From contig NC_067400.1 in NCBI RefSeq assembly GCF_016432865.1, positions 619,256,001 through 619,320,000 on the forward strand: 64,000 nucleotides of DNA, written 5' to 3'. Source of the stretch: Antechinus flavipes (Eukaryota). Positions within the stretch are counted from its first letter, which is position 1. Each line of letters opens with the position of its first letter. The translations under genes were made by a program, and so were the position numbers. The notes under the pieces are model-generated. The model was not told the DNA's origin, made no database searches, and saw only the letters and a program-made list of their open reading frames with translations. This document shows, one piece after another, positions 41,026 to 52,900 of the stretch.

Positions 41026-43600
41026 CCTTGCGACAGTCAGAGCGGCCGGGGCGGACCCGGGAGGCGAGGCGGGGGAGGGGCCGCGCCCGCCCCGGGGCGG
41101 AGTCTGGACCCGCCGGGGAGGGAGGGGCCTTAAAGGGGCCGCGCGAATCCCTTTTGGACTCCGGGCAGGTTCGAATCCGGGCTTCCGGGCCAGGTTCTCA
41201 CCCTGTCTGAGCCTCAGTCTTCCAGTCTATAAAAAAGGATCTGCTAATTTCCTGCGCAGAAGCGTGTTTGGGGGAGCTCGAAGCGCCGAGGAAATGGGGA
41301 GGGGAGGAACTCACATGAGCGAAGCGCTGATAGAAAACCGAGGCTCCGAGTGGACCACGGAGAAGCCCCGAGGCTAACCCGCTGACTCCCGAGTCTCCGT
41401 TCCTTATTGGGTGCTTGGCCTTGTGCGGCAATTCTTCACAATCATAACTGCTGTTCTCGTCACCGGACTCCGGACACCCGGGTTCCAATCCCGCCTTTGG
41501 CAGGGACTCAGTCCCTCTCCCCGCCAGTGCTCATGGGGTGTGGGGAGGCAGGGTTTAGTAATGGAACCGCTCTCCCCCAAAGGCAGTTCCAAGGGACGTT
41601 GCCTGTAGCGTCTTACCCCGAGGCAAGACTCCGGGGCCCGGGACTCTTTTTTTGGCAGACTAGGACCTGAGTTCAAGTCTCCTGTGTGACCCTGGGCGAG
41701 TCCGTGGGGCTCTGTAGGCGTCAGTTTCCTCCCCAGGCCTTGTCCAGTCGCCCAGTAGCCCCAGAGGCCCCAGCAGAGGCGTGCACGGATGCACGAACGG
41801 ACGCATGAATGGAAGAGTGGATGGATGGAAGGGTGGATGAATGGCGTGATGGATGGATGGATGATGGAAGGGTGGATGCATGAACCGAGTGGTGGATGGA
41901 TGGATGCAAAATGAATGGTAACTGGAATGTACCCGAAGGCCCGGAAAGTGAGTAGTGTGAGGCGGTTGGGGGGCAGGGGCCAGGAGACAGGCCTCGGGGT
42001 CCTAGGGCTCAGCTGCCAGGCTCCCCCCACCGCGGCCGGGGCATTCCGATCTAGCGGCGGCAGAGAAGACTTCGGCCTTGCCGGTTCAAGATCAGTGCGC
42101 TGACAGCAGGGCAGGAGGCCAGTCCTGGTTCCTGCCGGGACTGGGAGGAGAGGGGGAGGGGAGGGAGGGGGCGATGGCTGAGGAACTCCTCTTTATGGGA
42201 AGTTTAGAGAACTTGGGGTTGGGAGGAAAGTGCACAGTCACTGTCCTGGGAAGGAAGCCAGAGAAAGCCATCCTCCATCTTCATCCCAAAGTATTCCCCC
42301 GGTTTGCGGGACCCCAGCCCACATCCTCCAGGTTCCGGGTCCCCCTGCTCCTTAGTTCCCCAGCCCGCAACCTCCAGGCCCCGCGTCCCCTCATCTGCCA
42401 GTTCTCGTTCGGGCTCCAGCTACCAAGCAGCTGGCACCTCTTCTCTCCGCCTGTACGGCCCTGGGGCACCCTCAGCTCTGGCTCGGAGGCTCTATGTGTC
42501 TGTCTCGGTGTCTCTGATCAGAAATAAAAGCCTGCAAAGAAACTCAGGAGTCTTTGGGTCAGCCCCGTCATTTTACAGAGAGGCAAACTGAGGCACTGAA
42601 CGAAGTGACTTTGCAGGCAGTATGTATGGGCGGGCCTGGGGGCTTGGGCAAGACTTTTCTCTTTGGGCCTCAATTCCCGCTCTGTGCAAGGAAATCCAGA
42701 CAAGAGCTAGGAGGGATCCTGAGAAAGCGAAGCTGTCTCAAAAAACGATCTTGATCCAGGGCGGCCACTGTAGCATCGCTTCCCCACGTTATCCCGCAGA
42801 TTTTTTGTATCTGCACCATTCTCTCCGGATCGCCTCCCTCGGCGCATGCGCCCCTTCTCCCTTAGCATCAGAGCTGCGCGCGTGCCCTGCGTTTTGTGCT
42901 CGCTCCCGTTTTCCTCGGTAGAAAAAGTAGTACGCAGGGCGCGTGCGCGTGGCCCCGTCCCCGCCCACTTCTCGGGCACGCGCTCAGAGCTGCAAGCCCC
43001 CGCAGAGGCCCAGGAGCAGCGCGGCAGCAGCTGGCGGTGGCGGCGGCGGCGGAGGGGCGGCAGGAGGGGCCGGAGCCCCGCCCCCAGGGAGGGGCTGCCC
43101 AGAGGTCAGGGTGAGGGCCCGGGTCCCAGACCCTGGACCCCGAGCAGGGTGAACGGGGCTGGGGCCCGACTCTGGGCTTGTCAAGGGGCCGAGGCCGGAC
43201 GCCTGGGTCCTCCTCGCATCGTTCGATCCAGCTGCTTCCCCTTCCAGGTTTCCTTGCGCCCTTCCCCGCCAGGCGCTGGCGATGCGACGCGACCACGGGC
43301 ACGAAAGGGTTAACGAACCCTCCATGGACCCGGAGCGAGCCTGAGCCCCGGAACCGGGTAACTCCGCCCCCAGGCTTCTCGGCCACGCCCCCAGAGCGCC
43401 AGGCCAGTCCCCGATCATCCACTACCCCGCCCCCGGAAAAACCGCGCCCCTCTACCTCCCAGTCAACTATGGCCCCGCCCCTGACCAGCCTCCCGGAGAT
43501 CCTAGGCCCCGCCCCCATCCAGGTTTCCTGCTTCTGCCAGGAAAGCGGAGCCCCCTGCCGCGCTCCCCCACCTTGTGCCCGCTGGGGTAGACATGGCTGG
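40850..43600. promoter_or_regulatory. CpG-rich divergent promoter region between ETHE1 and ZNF575
   Basis: CpG-dense at both ends, with GC boxes, an NRF1-type GCGCATGCGC near 42842, and a probable ZNF575 5' exon ending at the donor near 43106. Confidence 0.6.
41790..41910. repeat. (TGGA)n-like microsatellite
   Basis: Runs of atggatggatgg. Confidence 0.8.
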
Positions 43601-43650
43601 CCTTGCTGAGTGCCCCTCTGTCCCCTCCCAGCTCCAGCCCCCCTGGCATC

Positions 43651-44642
43651 ATGCTGGAGCGAGGGGAGCAAGGGCCTGGGGGCAGAGGCAGGAGCCCTTC
43701 TGCAAAGGAATCAGTTACCAACGGAGGGGGTGAGAACCACTGGGCACCGGCTGGGGGCTCCCCACCCCGGGAAGAGGGCGGGGATCCCACGGAAGCTTGG
43801 CGAACAGAGGCATGAATCCTGCGGGCAGCCCCCTAGAAAAGGCACGGGAGGGACCCATTGGAGGGAGGGGAGCCCAGGAGGGGCATGGGGGCCCCGGGGG
43901 GCCTCTGTGGCCCGGGTGGCAGCCCCAGGGCACCGTCTGATCCCCCTCCTCAGCCTCCGGCAAAGCCTCCAAGCCAAAGCGGAGCCCGGCAGCTGCGGCC
44001 GAGCGCCCCGGTCCGTCCAGGGCCCGCCGCCCACCGCCCCTCCAGCGCCCGCACCGCTGCCCGGACTGTGACAAGGCCTTCTCCTACCCCTCCAAGCTGG
44101 CCACCCACCGCCTGGCTCACGGCGGTGCCCGCCCACACCCCTGCCCTGACTGCGACAAGGCCTTCTCCTACCCCTCCAAGCTGGCCGCCCACCGCCTCAC
44201 CCACAGCGGTGCCCGCCCCTTCCCCTGTCCGGACTGCCCCAAGGCTTTTGGTCACCGATCCAAGCTGGCTGCCCACCGCTGGACCCACTCGCCGGCCCGC
44301 CCCTACCCCTGCCCAGACTGCCCCAAGTCTTTTTGCTACCCCTCCAAGCTGGCCGCCCACCGACACACCCACGCTGGCGGCACTCGGCCCTACCCCTGCC
44401 CACAGTGCCCCAAGTCCTTCTGTTACCCCTCCAAGCTGGCAGCCCACCAGCGGCGCCACGCCCCCACTGCCGCCGGAGCCCCTATCCCGGCCGCCCCCAC
44501 GCCCGCCGCCCCAGCAGACCCTCAGCACCGCTGCCCCAGCTGTGACCAAACCTTTGGCCAGCGCCGCCTCCTGGCCCTTCACCAGCGCAGCCACCGAGGA
44601 GAAGGGAAGGCTGGGAAGGGAGGAAAGGGGGAGCGGGCCTGA
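43651..44642 (+). CDS. ZNF575: Zinc finger protein 575 with six C2H2 fingers, 255 aa, 2 coding exons
   Basis: Exon 43651-43729 (MLERGEQG...) is spliced in phase 1 to 43954-44642, which reads PHRCPDCDKAFSYPSKLATHRLAHGGARPHPCPDC... through HRCPSCDQTFGQRRLLALHQRSH. This frame is absent from the ORF track because the large exon has no start codon of its own. AATAAA at 44671-44676. Confidence 0.95.
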
Positions 44643-44977
44643 ACCCTGCCCCAGGCCCTCGCCTGCTGCCAATAAAGAGACGCTTTCTACACCCGGGGTC
44701 CTGTGCAAGCACTTGGGGCACTCGGCACTGCTGCCGTGGGTGGCCCGGAGGGAGCAGTGTTAGGTGGAGCGTCCCCCCAGAAGGGCTTCTCCACACCTCC
44801 CACGGCCCGAGGCGGGACAGCTCCCCAGAGGCTCTTCCGCTGAGAGTGACCGGGGCCAGGAGAGCAGCGGGGATCCGGCCCCCTCAGGGTCCTCAGAAAA
44901 GGGCAGGCAGGGGCTGCTCCAATAGTGACATTTATTAGAACTTGGGGTGAAAGGGGAGCGCTCATCTGCGCGAGCCT

Positions 44978-47900
44978 TCAGGCCTGGGGGACCACCCCAT
45001 AGAGCTGATAGGGCAGCAACCTCTGCTGCTCGTTGCAGCTGTAAATCCACCGGGGACGCACGAAGGCCAACGACGGGTTGTCCAGCAGGGCCTGGGGAGG
45101 ACGGCACAGGCTGGGGCTGGGGCTATGTCCCAGCCCTGCCTCCCCCTCCCCTTCTCCCCGGGGCGGGCAGCAAGGGGCCCTCACCTCCTCAAAGCTGGGG
45201 TCCCACTCTTGGGCCGTGATCACAAACTGGACCTGATCATTCATGTAATCTTCTATCTCCCTGCGGGATTGGGGAGGCAACACGTCAAAGGGGAGCCCCT
45301 GAAAGCTCCCGACTGCCACCCTCACTCCTCCCTGACTCTGCCGCTCTCACTCCTCCCTGACTGCCGTCCTCACTCCTCCCTGACTCTGCCGCCTTCACTC
45401 CTCCCTGACTGCCGTCCTCACTCCTCCCTGACTCTGCCGCCTTCACTCCTCCCTGACTGCCACCCTCACTCCTCCCTGACTCTGCCGCCCTCACTCCTCC
45501 CTGACTGCTGCCCTCACTCCTCCCCGACTGCCGTCCTCATTCCTCCCAACTCTGCAGCTCTCCAAACCCCCACCGCTCTCCTCCTCCCCTCAGTGCTCCC
45601 CTTATCCCCCTTTGGTACCCGCCCCCCAGGAGTCTGACCCGTTGAACGCAGTAACGTAGCGGACAAGCTGCCGTCGCTCCTCACCAGGAAACTCTCCATA
45701 GAAAAAGAAGTGTTTGCCCTGGAAAAAATCTGGGGAAGGGGAGGGGAGGGGAGCAGGGAACAGGACAGTAAGGGAGCTTGGAAGCGCCGGGCAGGCAGGT
45801 GGTCCCAGGGCATGGGAGCTGGGAGGCAGGGAGTGCCCCCAGGGCATGCTGGGAGGGCCAGGGAGGGGGCGGGGACGCCACCTGGCAGCTCGGGGATGGG
45901 CTGGTCCGGGGACTCGGGGCTCTCATCCTCCGTGTTCTCGTCCGTGGAGCCAGCATAGGGGTCTTCTCCGTTCTCTCCTGGGTCTGGGGGCTGCTGCTGG
46001 TCCCTCGGCTTGACCACCCTGGGGAGGTACAGATTGGGGCCCGGTGACTGCGGGGCCCTCGCCCCACCCGGCCGGGCCCATCTCGGCTCACCCACCTCCT
46101 CAGCTCGTCCTCCGTGTCCCCAGAGTCTTCGGTCCCGTGGTCCTGAGCACCTGAGGGCAGAAGGCACCGGCTCGGACCTGGGCTCCCGGGGCTCCCCCCT
46201 GCCTCACCCCCCCCCCAGCTCTGGGGCCCACCTGCCGACTCCTCCTCTGGGTCTGGGGCGCGCTGGGGCTCTCTGTGGGCCGGGCCGGCCTCCTCGGGGG
46301 ACGGCGTCCTGGAGCCTGACTTGGGCCCCGCTGGGGGAGCCTGGTGGTTAGCCTTGGGGTGCTAAGAGAGAGCCAGGGTCTCAGCATCTCACTTTGGGGT
46401 GGTCAGTCTGCCCCCCTCCCTCCCCCTTCTCCCTCTCCCCCATTCCTCCTTTTCTCCCCCCCCCCCCCTGCTTCCTCTCCCCTAAGCTCTTCCCCCTCCC
46501 TCCCCACTGGTCCTCCTCCTCCCCTCCCCCTCAGACCCAGTGCCCCCCAGCTGCCCCTCATCGGGTCTGGCTCCCTCTTGCTCTGGCCCCAGAGGGAGGA
46601 GGGGCCTGGCTGGGCCTTACCTTGGTGGCGGGAGGGGGCGGCGTCTCCTCGTCGCTGCTGGAGTCCGGGCCTGCCATGAGGTAGCTGGGGAGGGGCACAG
46701 GGGAAAAGGTCAGGCGCGGAGGCGGTCAGAGGTCAGAGCCCCCCTCCCCCGCCCCTGAGGGGCGCTCACCGCCGACAGGGCAGTCTCCGCCGCATGCAGT
46801 GGCAGTCCAGCACCCACTCCTTGCGCACGATGCGCCCGCCCCGGCTCAGGACCGCGCTGTACTTGGGCGTGTTGGCAAAGGCACAGCTGAGGGCAAAGGG
46901 CAGAGGTCAGGAAGATGCCTGGCCCCCGGAGGGGACAGGGAGGGAGTGGGGGGCGGCCTACATGAGGTGGGTGCTGTCCGAGGTCCAGTCTGGCCGGTAC
47001 TTGGCGCCGAGCTCCAGGGCCTTGTCCCGAAGCTCCGAGCGGAAGGGGTTCTGGAAGCCGCTCAGGACCACCACGACGCCCTCGAGGATCCTCCCCAGCT
47101 CCGCGGGCCCGACCCCGGCCTTCGGCCCCTTCTTTTCAGCTTGGGGAGGCCCCTGGGCCGGGCCCGCGGCAGGCCCTGAGAAGGCAGAAAACTGTGACTC
47201 TGAGTCCTGGGGGCCCCCGGCCCCGGCCCCGGCCCCGGCCGCCTCACCTTTGGGCTTCTTGGGGGCTGGTAGCTTGGGCTGGGCCGGACGGGCCTGGGCT
47301 CTGTTTCCTGGTTCATCCTGGCTTAAGTCCAATTTCCTCTTTCCCTTGGGAGACTCTTGGGGCTGGAAGGGGAGGGGCGGATGGGGCACATCCGGGGATC
47401 TGGTCGCCCCCCAGTTCCCCGCCCGGCCGAGGGGACTCACCTTGCCGGGGGCTTTGCTTGCGGAGGGGGGCTGGGGGGACGACGAGGGAGGAGTCTGGGG
47501 GGTCACGCCCTCGGAGGCCTGCAGGGTGGCGGCTGCGTAGCTGGGGCCCGGCTGCTCTCTGGGGGGGGCTGGGAGGAGAGCCAGCTTCCAGGAGCCGCCC
47601 CCGAGGTCTCCCAGGGACGCGGCCTCCCGAGGGCCCCCGGCTCCCCCAGCCTCAGAGACATCCTGACCCCCCCGGCCCGACCCCCCTGAGGAACAAGGAC
47701 CCCCAACCCCCGGCCCCGGGGGAGCCAGGCCGACCCCTCTCGGGCCCGGTCCTACGTCACCTGGGGGAGCCTTGCCGGCCCGGCTGAAGAAGAGGGAGCC
47801 GGGTCTCAGGGAGCTGCCGGTGCCCTCGTCCTCCTTCACTCGGAAGGCTCCCAGCTTGGTCACCTTCTGTGAAGAAGTGGGGTCAGGGGGGGCGCGCCCC

Positions 47901-50900
47901 ACGCCCGAGGCAGCAGAGAGACAAGGGGGGACACTCACGGGGCCGGGGCTGGCCTCGGGCGCCTCCTTCTCCGGGGGGCTGTGCAGCCTTATAAAGCTCA
48001 GGCCGTAGGCGGAGTCCTGGGGGCCACAAGAGGGGAGAGTGCCAGGCTCGGGGAGCCCTGTGCCCCCTGCCCGGCCCCCCGGGAGCCCGCCGGCCGCCCC
48101 CGACCTTGCTGTAGGGCTGGCTGCACACGATCTTGACGCGGTCCCAGCGCTTTTCAGCGGTGGCCCGGACCAGCTTGTCGGCGGCAAACAGGCGGACCCG
48201 GTTGGAGTTCGTCCCGCTCCGGCTCTCGGACGGGGACATGAAGGACGAGGTCACCAGGAGGACCTGAGAGCAGAGACACAGGCAGAGACAGACCCAGCTC
48301 TAACCTCGTGGCATCTTGCCCCGGGCCTGTCCCGCAGCCCCCCATCCGGGGGTCCTTTTCTCACCTCGTAGTCGTGCTCCCCGGCGCCCCCCGCGGAGCT
48401 GCCCGCCAGCACCTCCACGAAGGCAGAGCCCTCATTGCCGATGTCTATGCTGTGGATCTGCTCCTCCTTCTCCAGCTGGGGGCGGGGGGAGAGTGCGTCA
48501 GGGCGGGGACCCCGCACAGCAAGAGCCCCCGGGCAGCGGCCGCCCCAGATGCCGGAGGGGGATCCCGCGCCCGCCCGGAGATGGGGTCCAGGGCGGGAGG
48601 GGCGGAGCCATGAGACGGGGGGGGGGGGGGCTGCCTGCAGGGGGGGGTCTCAGAGGCCGGGGCACCTGCAGGATGACGGAGATCTGCTTCTCCCCAGCCT
48701 TGGCGGAGCGCCATTTCCGGTAGGTGTCGGCCTTCAGGAGGTTTTCTGCGCAGTGCGTCTGCAAGGGAACAGCCCTTACTAAACACCTCCTGGGTGACAT
48801 TGAGCCTGGCAGCCCTGGGAGGGGACTCCAGTCGCCCGCCTGCCCAGCTCTCTCCACAGAGCCTCAAGTGTGGAAAGGGTGCAGGGAGGGGAGCCAAAGC
48901 TCTGAGGTCAGCCCCCCTCGGCCCAGACCCTCAGTCCTCTAGAGCCGGTGGGTGGGCAACGAGAGCCATCTCTGGCCCAAGGGGCCCTGGCAACGCCCCC
49001 ACTTTGCCAAGGGCTCTCTCCCTGGGGCCTCCCCGCCACGGGCCCAGCCCCGCTCCCAGATGGGCAAACTCCCAGAAGCCCTCCTGGGCACTCCTGGAAT
49101 CACCGCTTCGACGCTGCTAGAGACGATCACGACAAACACCCGGGGAAACCCCCCCAAGAAAGCTTTGGGGGCTCCCCATGCTCTTCCTGGGGAGTAGCTC
49201 CAGGACGCCACCTAGAGACAGTTTCCTAAACCTACAGAAACCCCCAAGACAAACCTGAGAAGCCCCAATCACCGTCCCCTGCAGAATGTCCCTGTGTCTG
49301 CTCCCCCACCCCCGCCGGGGCCAGATGAGGAAATATCTGTCCTGGTGGCTTCCCAGTCCCCCCCGGGGCCACGTGGGTCTGGGGGAGCCCTTGGGGGGCC
49401 TGCAGTTCAGCTTCCCTCTGGGGGAAGCTCCGGGGCCCCAGGCGGAGGGCACCACACAGAGCATTCAGAAAAGCTGCTGCCCGGCACGTGCCCTCCAGGA
49501 TCCCCGAAGGCCGCAGGGGCGACCCTCTTAAGTCCATTGGTAAAGACAAGAGTGTCAGCTGCTTGTGAGAGGAGGAGGTTCCTTCTTTCCGTCTGCGTCC
49601 TGCCTGGGACCTAACAGACCTGGCAGAAATGGGCAGGACTGGCCCTGGGCAATGCCAGCTTTGGACTCGGCTCCCTCCTAACGGCCAGCCCGGTGGGTGC
49701 GCCCGCCAGGCCCTGCCCAAAGCCATCGCTGCAATGCTGAAAGAACACGGTCCTGGGTCTCCCTGGGTGCCAGGCTGCCCCTTGTGGGCGCGGGCGCTCC
49801 GGGCGGAGGCTTTAGTGAAATCCAGTCTCTGGTCTACACCCGGCAAACCCCCTACTCCTGGTGGGGCCGGGCTTTGTGATCCCCACGTGAGAGGGGGCAG
49901 GGAGCCCGCAGAGGTCCCCAAGCGTTACCGCCAGGCCCCGGGGAACCTCCCACGGACAGTCCCGGGCCTCTGCGACCGACACCCAGAGCCACTCCCCAAG
50001 GCCGAAATGTCCCCCAGGGGCTTCACTCCCAGAACGAGGACTTAAACGGCCCTTCCTGGGACCTCAACGGGACGAATGTCATCCATACGCCCCGGGTGGT
50101 CTCCAGGCACCCCGAGATGCTTCTCCGGAGACTTCGGGCACCTCCCACAGACCCCAGAGAAACTGGTGCTTCCCACTGACATCCCCTCCTGTCCCGATCC
50201 CCGAGGTGCTCCGAGACACCCCCAGGTACTTCCTGTATTCTCACAGACACCCCCCGGGGGGCTCCTAGAGAGACCCTCACAGACACCCCCCGGGGGCTCC
50301 TATAGAGACACTCACAGACACCCCCGGGGGGCTCCTATAGAGACCCTCACAGACACCCCCCGGGGGGCTCCTATAGAGACTCTCACAAACACCCCCAGGT
50401 GCCTCCTATAGAGACCCTCACAGACACCCCCCGGGGGCTCCTATAGAGACACTCACAGACACCCCCGGGGGGCTCCTATAGAGACCCTCACAGACACCCC
50501 CCGGGGGCTCCTATAGAGACCCTCACAGACACCCCCCGGGGGCTCCTATAGAGACCCTCACAGACACCCCCCGGGGGCTCCTATAGAGACACTCACAGAC
50601 ACCCCCTGGGGGGCTCCTATAGAGACTCTCACAAACACCCCCAGGTACTTCCTGTATTCTCACAGACCCCCCGGGGGGCTCCTATAGAGACCCTCACAGA
50701 CACCCCCCGGGGGGCTCCTATAGAGACCCTCACAGACACCCCCTGGGGGGCTCCTATAGAGACTCTCACAGACATCCCCAGGTGCCTCCTATAGATACCC
50801 TCACAGACACCCCCTGGGGGGGCTCCTATAGAGACCCTCACAGACACCCCCGGGGGGCTCCCATAGAGACCCTCACAGACACCCCGGGGGGCTCCTATAG

Positions 50901-52307
50901 AGACCCTCACAGACACCCCCCGGGGGCTCCTATAGAGACCCTCACAGACACCCCCCGGGGGCTCCTATAGAGACCCTCACAGACACCCCGGGGGCTCCTA
51001 TAGAGACTCTCACAAACACCCCCAGGTACTTCCTGTATTCTCACAGACCCCCCGGGGGCTCCTATAGAGACCCTCACAGACACCCCCCGGGGGGCTCCTA
51101 TAGAGACCCTCACAGACACCCCCAGGGGGCTCCTATAGAGACCCTCACAGATACCCCCAGGTGCCTCCTATAGAGACCCTCACAGACACCCCCGGGGGGC
51201 TCCTATAGAGACCCTCACAGACACCCCCGGGGGGCTCCCATAGAGACCCTCACAGACACCCCGGGGGGCTCCCATAGAGACTCTCACAGACACCCCCGGG
51301 GGGCTCCCATAGAGACCCTCACAGACACCCCTGGGGGGCTCCTATAGAGACCCTCACAGACACCCCGGGGAGGCTCCTATAGAGACCCTCACAGACATCC
51401 CCAGGTGTCTCCTATAGAGACCCTCACAGACACCCCCTGGGGGGCTCCTATAGAGACCCTCACAGACACCCCGGGGAGGCTCCTATAGATACCCTCACAG
51501 ACACCCCCTGGGGGGCTCCTATAGAGACTCTCACAGACACCCCCTGGGGGGCTCCTATAGATACCCTCACAGACACCCCCTGGGGGCTCCTATAGAGACC
51601 CTCACAGACACCCCGGGGGCTCCTATGGAGACCCTCACAGACACCCCCGGGGGGCTCCTAGAGAGACCCTCACAGACACCCCGGGGAGGCTCCTATAGAG
51701 ACTCTCACAGACACCCCGGGGAGGCTCCTATAGATACCCTCACAGACACCCCGAGGTGCCTCCTATAGAGACCCTCACAGACACCCCCTGGGGGGCTCCT
51801 ATAGAGACCCTCACAGACACCTCCTGGGGGGCTCCTATAGAGACCCTCACAGACACCCCGGGGGGCTCCTATAGAGACCCTCACAGACACCCCGGGGAGG
51901 CTCCTATAGAGACCCTCACAGACATCCCCAGGTGCCTCCTATAGAGACCCTCGCAGACAGCCCCAGGTGCCTCCTACAGGCACTTTCATAGACACTCCTA
52001 ATTGGTTTCCTAAAGACCCTCATGAGACACCCCCAGATGTTTCCTATAAACGCCGCCATGTGTTTCCCAGAGACCCTTATACACCTCCAGGTGCCCCTTA
52101 TAGACACGCTGCAGGTGGCTCCCCGAAACACCCCCCAGAACACCCAACATAGACACTCCTGGAACCTTAGAGATAGCCGGAAGTCCCTCCCGCAGGGCTT
52201 CCCTAACCGGAAGTCTACAGAAACCCATGGCCCTCCCTCCCCTCCGCTTCCCTCACCGCATCCTGGCTGCTGCACGACACTACGTGGCGGAGGCGGATCT
52301 CAGGCAT
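44978..52307 (-). CDS. XRCC1: DNA repair scaffold XRCC1 (NTD, BRCT1, BRCT2), about 612 aa, 17 exons
   Basis: Exons 52307-52257, 48758-48666, 48475-48365, 48263-48105, 48016-47939, 47866-47761, 47568-47441, 47362-47248, 47175-46962, 46886-46770, 46684-46621, 46361-46232, 46150-46096, 46018-45882, 45729-45639, 45260-45185, 45091-44978 (1839 nt). Motifs MPEIRLRHVVSCSSQD, GVVVVLSGFQNPFRSELRDKALELGAKYRPDW, YAGSTDENT and FVRPRWIYSCNE..LLPYQLYGVVPQA. PolyA signal at 44931-44936. Confidence 0.98.
45305..45560. repeat. ~48-bp minisatellite, about 5 copies, in XRCC1 intron 15
   Basis: ctccctgactgccgtcctcactcctccctgactctgccgccttcactc repeated. Confidence 0.9.
49530..49870 (-). mobile_element. Possible degraded CR1/L3 reverse-transcriptase fragment in XRCC1 intron 1
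   Basis: The minus translation VDQRLDFTKAS...GRAWRA...GPVLP...KQLT aligns by eye to the CR1 RT motifs VDxxYLDFSKAF, GRAQRV, GPVLF and KFADDT in the right order. Confidence 0.35.
50240..51960. repeat. ~1.7-kb ~33-bp minisatellite in XRCC1 intron 1
   Basis: gggctcctatagagaccctcacagacacccccc repeated about 50 times, with variant units. Confidence 0.97.
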
Positions 52308-52309
52308 AG

Positions 52310-52900
52310 CGGGGCCAAGGGCCAGGCAGGATGAGACCTTAAAGTCCGAGGCCTCTGGACCAGGCCAGCGCCTGGAAAGGAGGTGGCCGCTCTTTTAGGG
52401 CAGCTCTAGTGCGCAGGCGCGCGGCCTCCCGGGACCTGTTTAAAGTCGAGCGCGCGCGCCCTGCAGCTGCGCAGGCTTACTGGCCCTCTCCCCAGCTTCC
52501 CCCTGGCTCCGCCTCCCATAGCCACTCTAGCCTCCTCTCTCTATGATTCGTCCTGGCTCTAAGCCCGCCCCATGAGTCCGCCCTTCTTCGGCCTGTCCCT
52601 CCAATGGCCAGCTTTTCTGGCCTCTCTACCTGCACTTCTCTCCTAGACCCGCCCCTCTTCGACTCTCCACTCTAGCCCCTTTTCTCTATGGCCACCTTCC
52701 CTTTGCTCCACCCCTTTTTCTAGGCCCTTTCTAGCCCTTCCTCTCGCTGACCCACCCTCAGGCGTGTACCATGACATTTCCCGCCTCCGGACTCCGGAGC
52801 CCATTCCCATTGGTGTCTGCGTTCCCGTTCTCCTTTCCCATTGGATGGCTTGGTCCGAGGGAACCTCCTCCGGACTGCCCAAGTACAATGCTTTTCTGTA
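52310..52900. promoter_or_regulatory. XRCC1 CpG promoter
   Basis: Directly upstream of ATG 52307, with NRF1-like TGCGCAGGCGC, GCGCGC runs, GC boxes, and ATTGG near 52808 and 52841. Confidence 0.65.

Noticed and set aside
43858-44763. 301-aa plus-strand Pro/Thr-rich ORF and 252-aa antisense ORF
   Set aside because: Both are off-frame or antisense shadows of the repetitive ZNF575 zinc-finger exon. The real frame is the third plus frame, spliced from 43651-43729.
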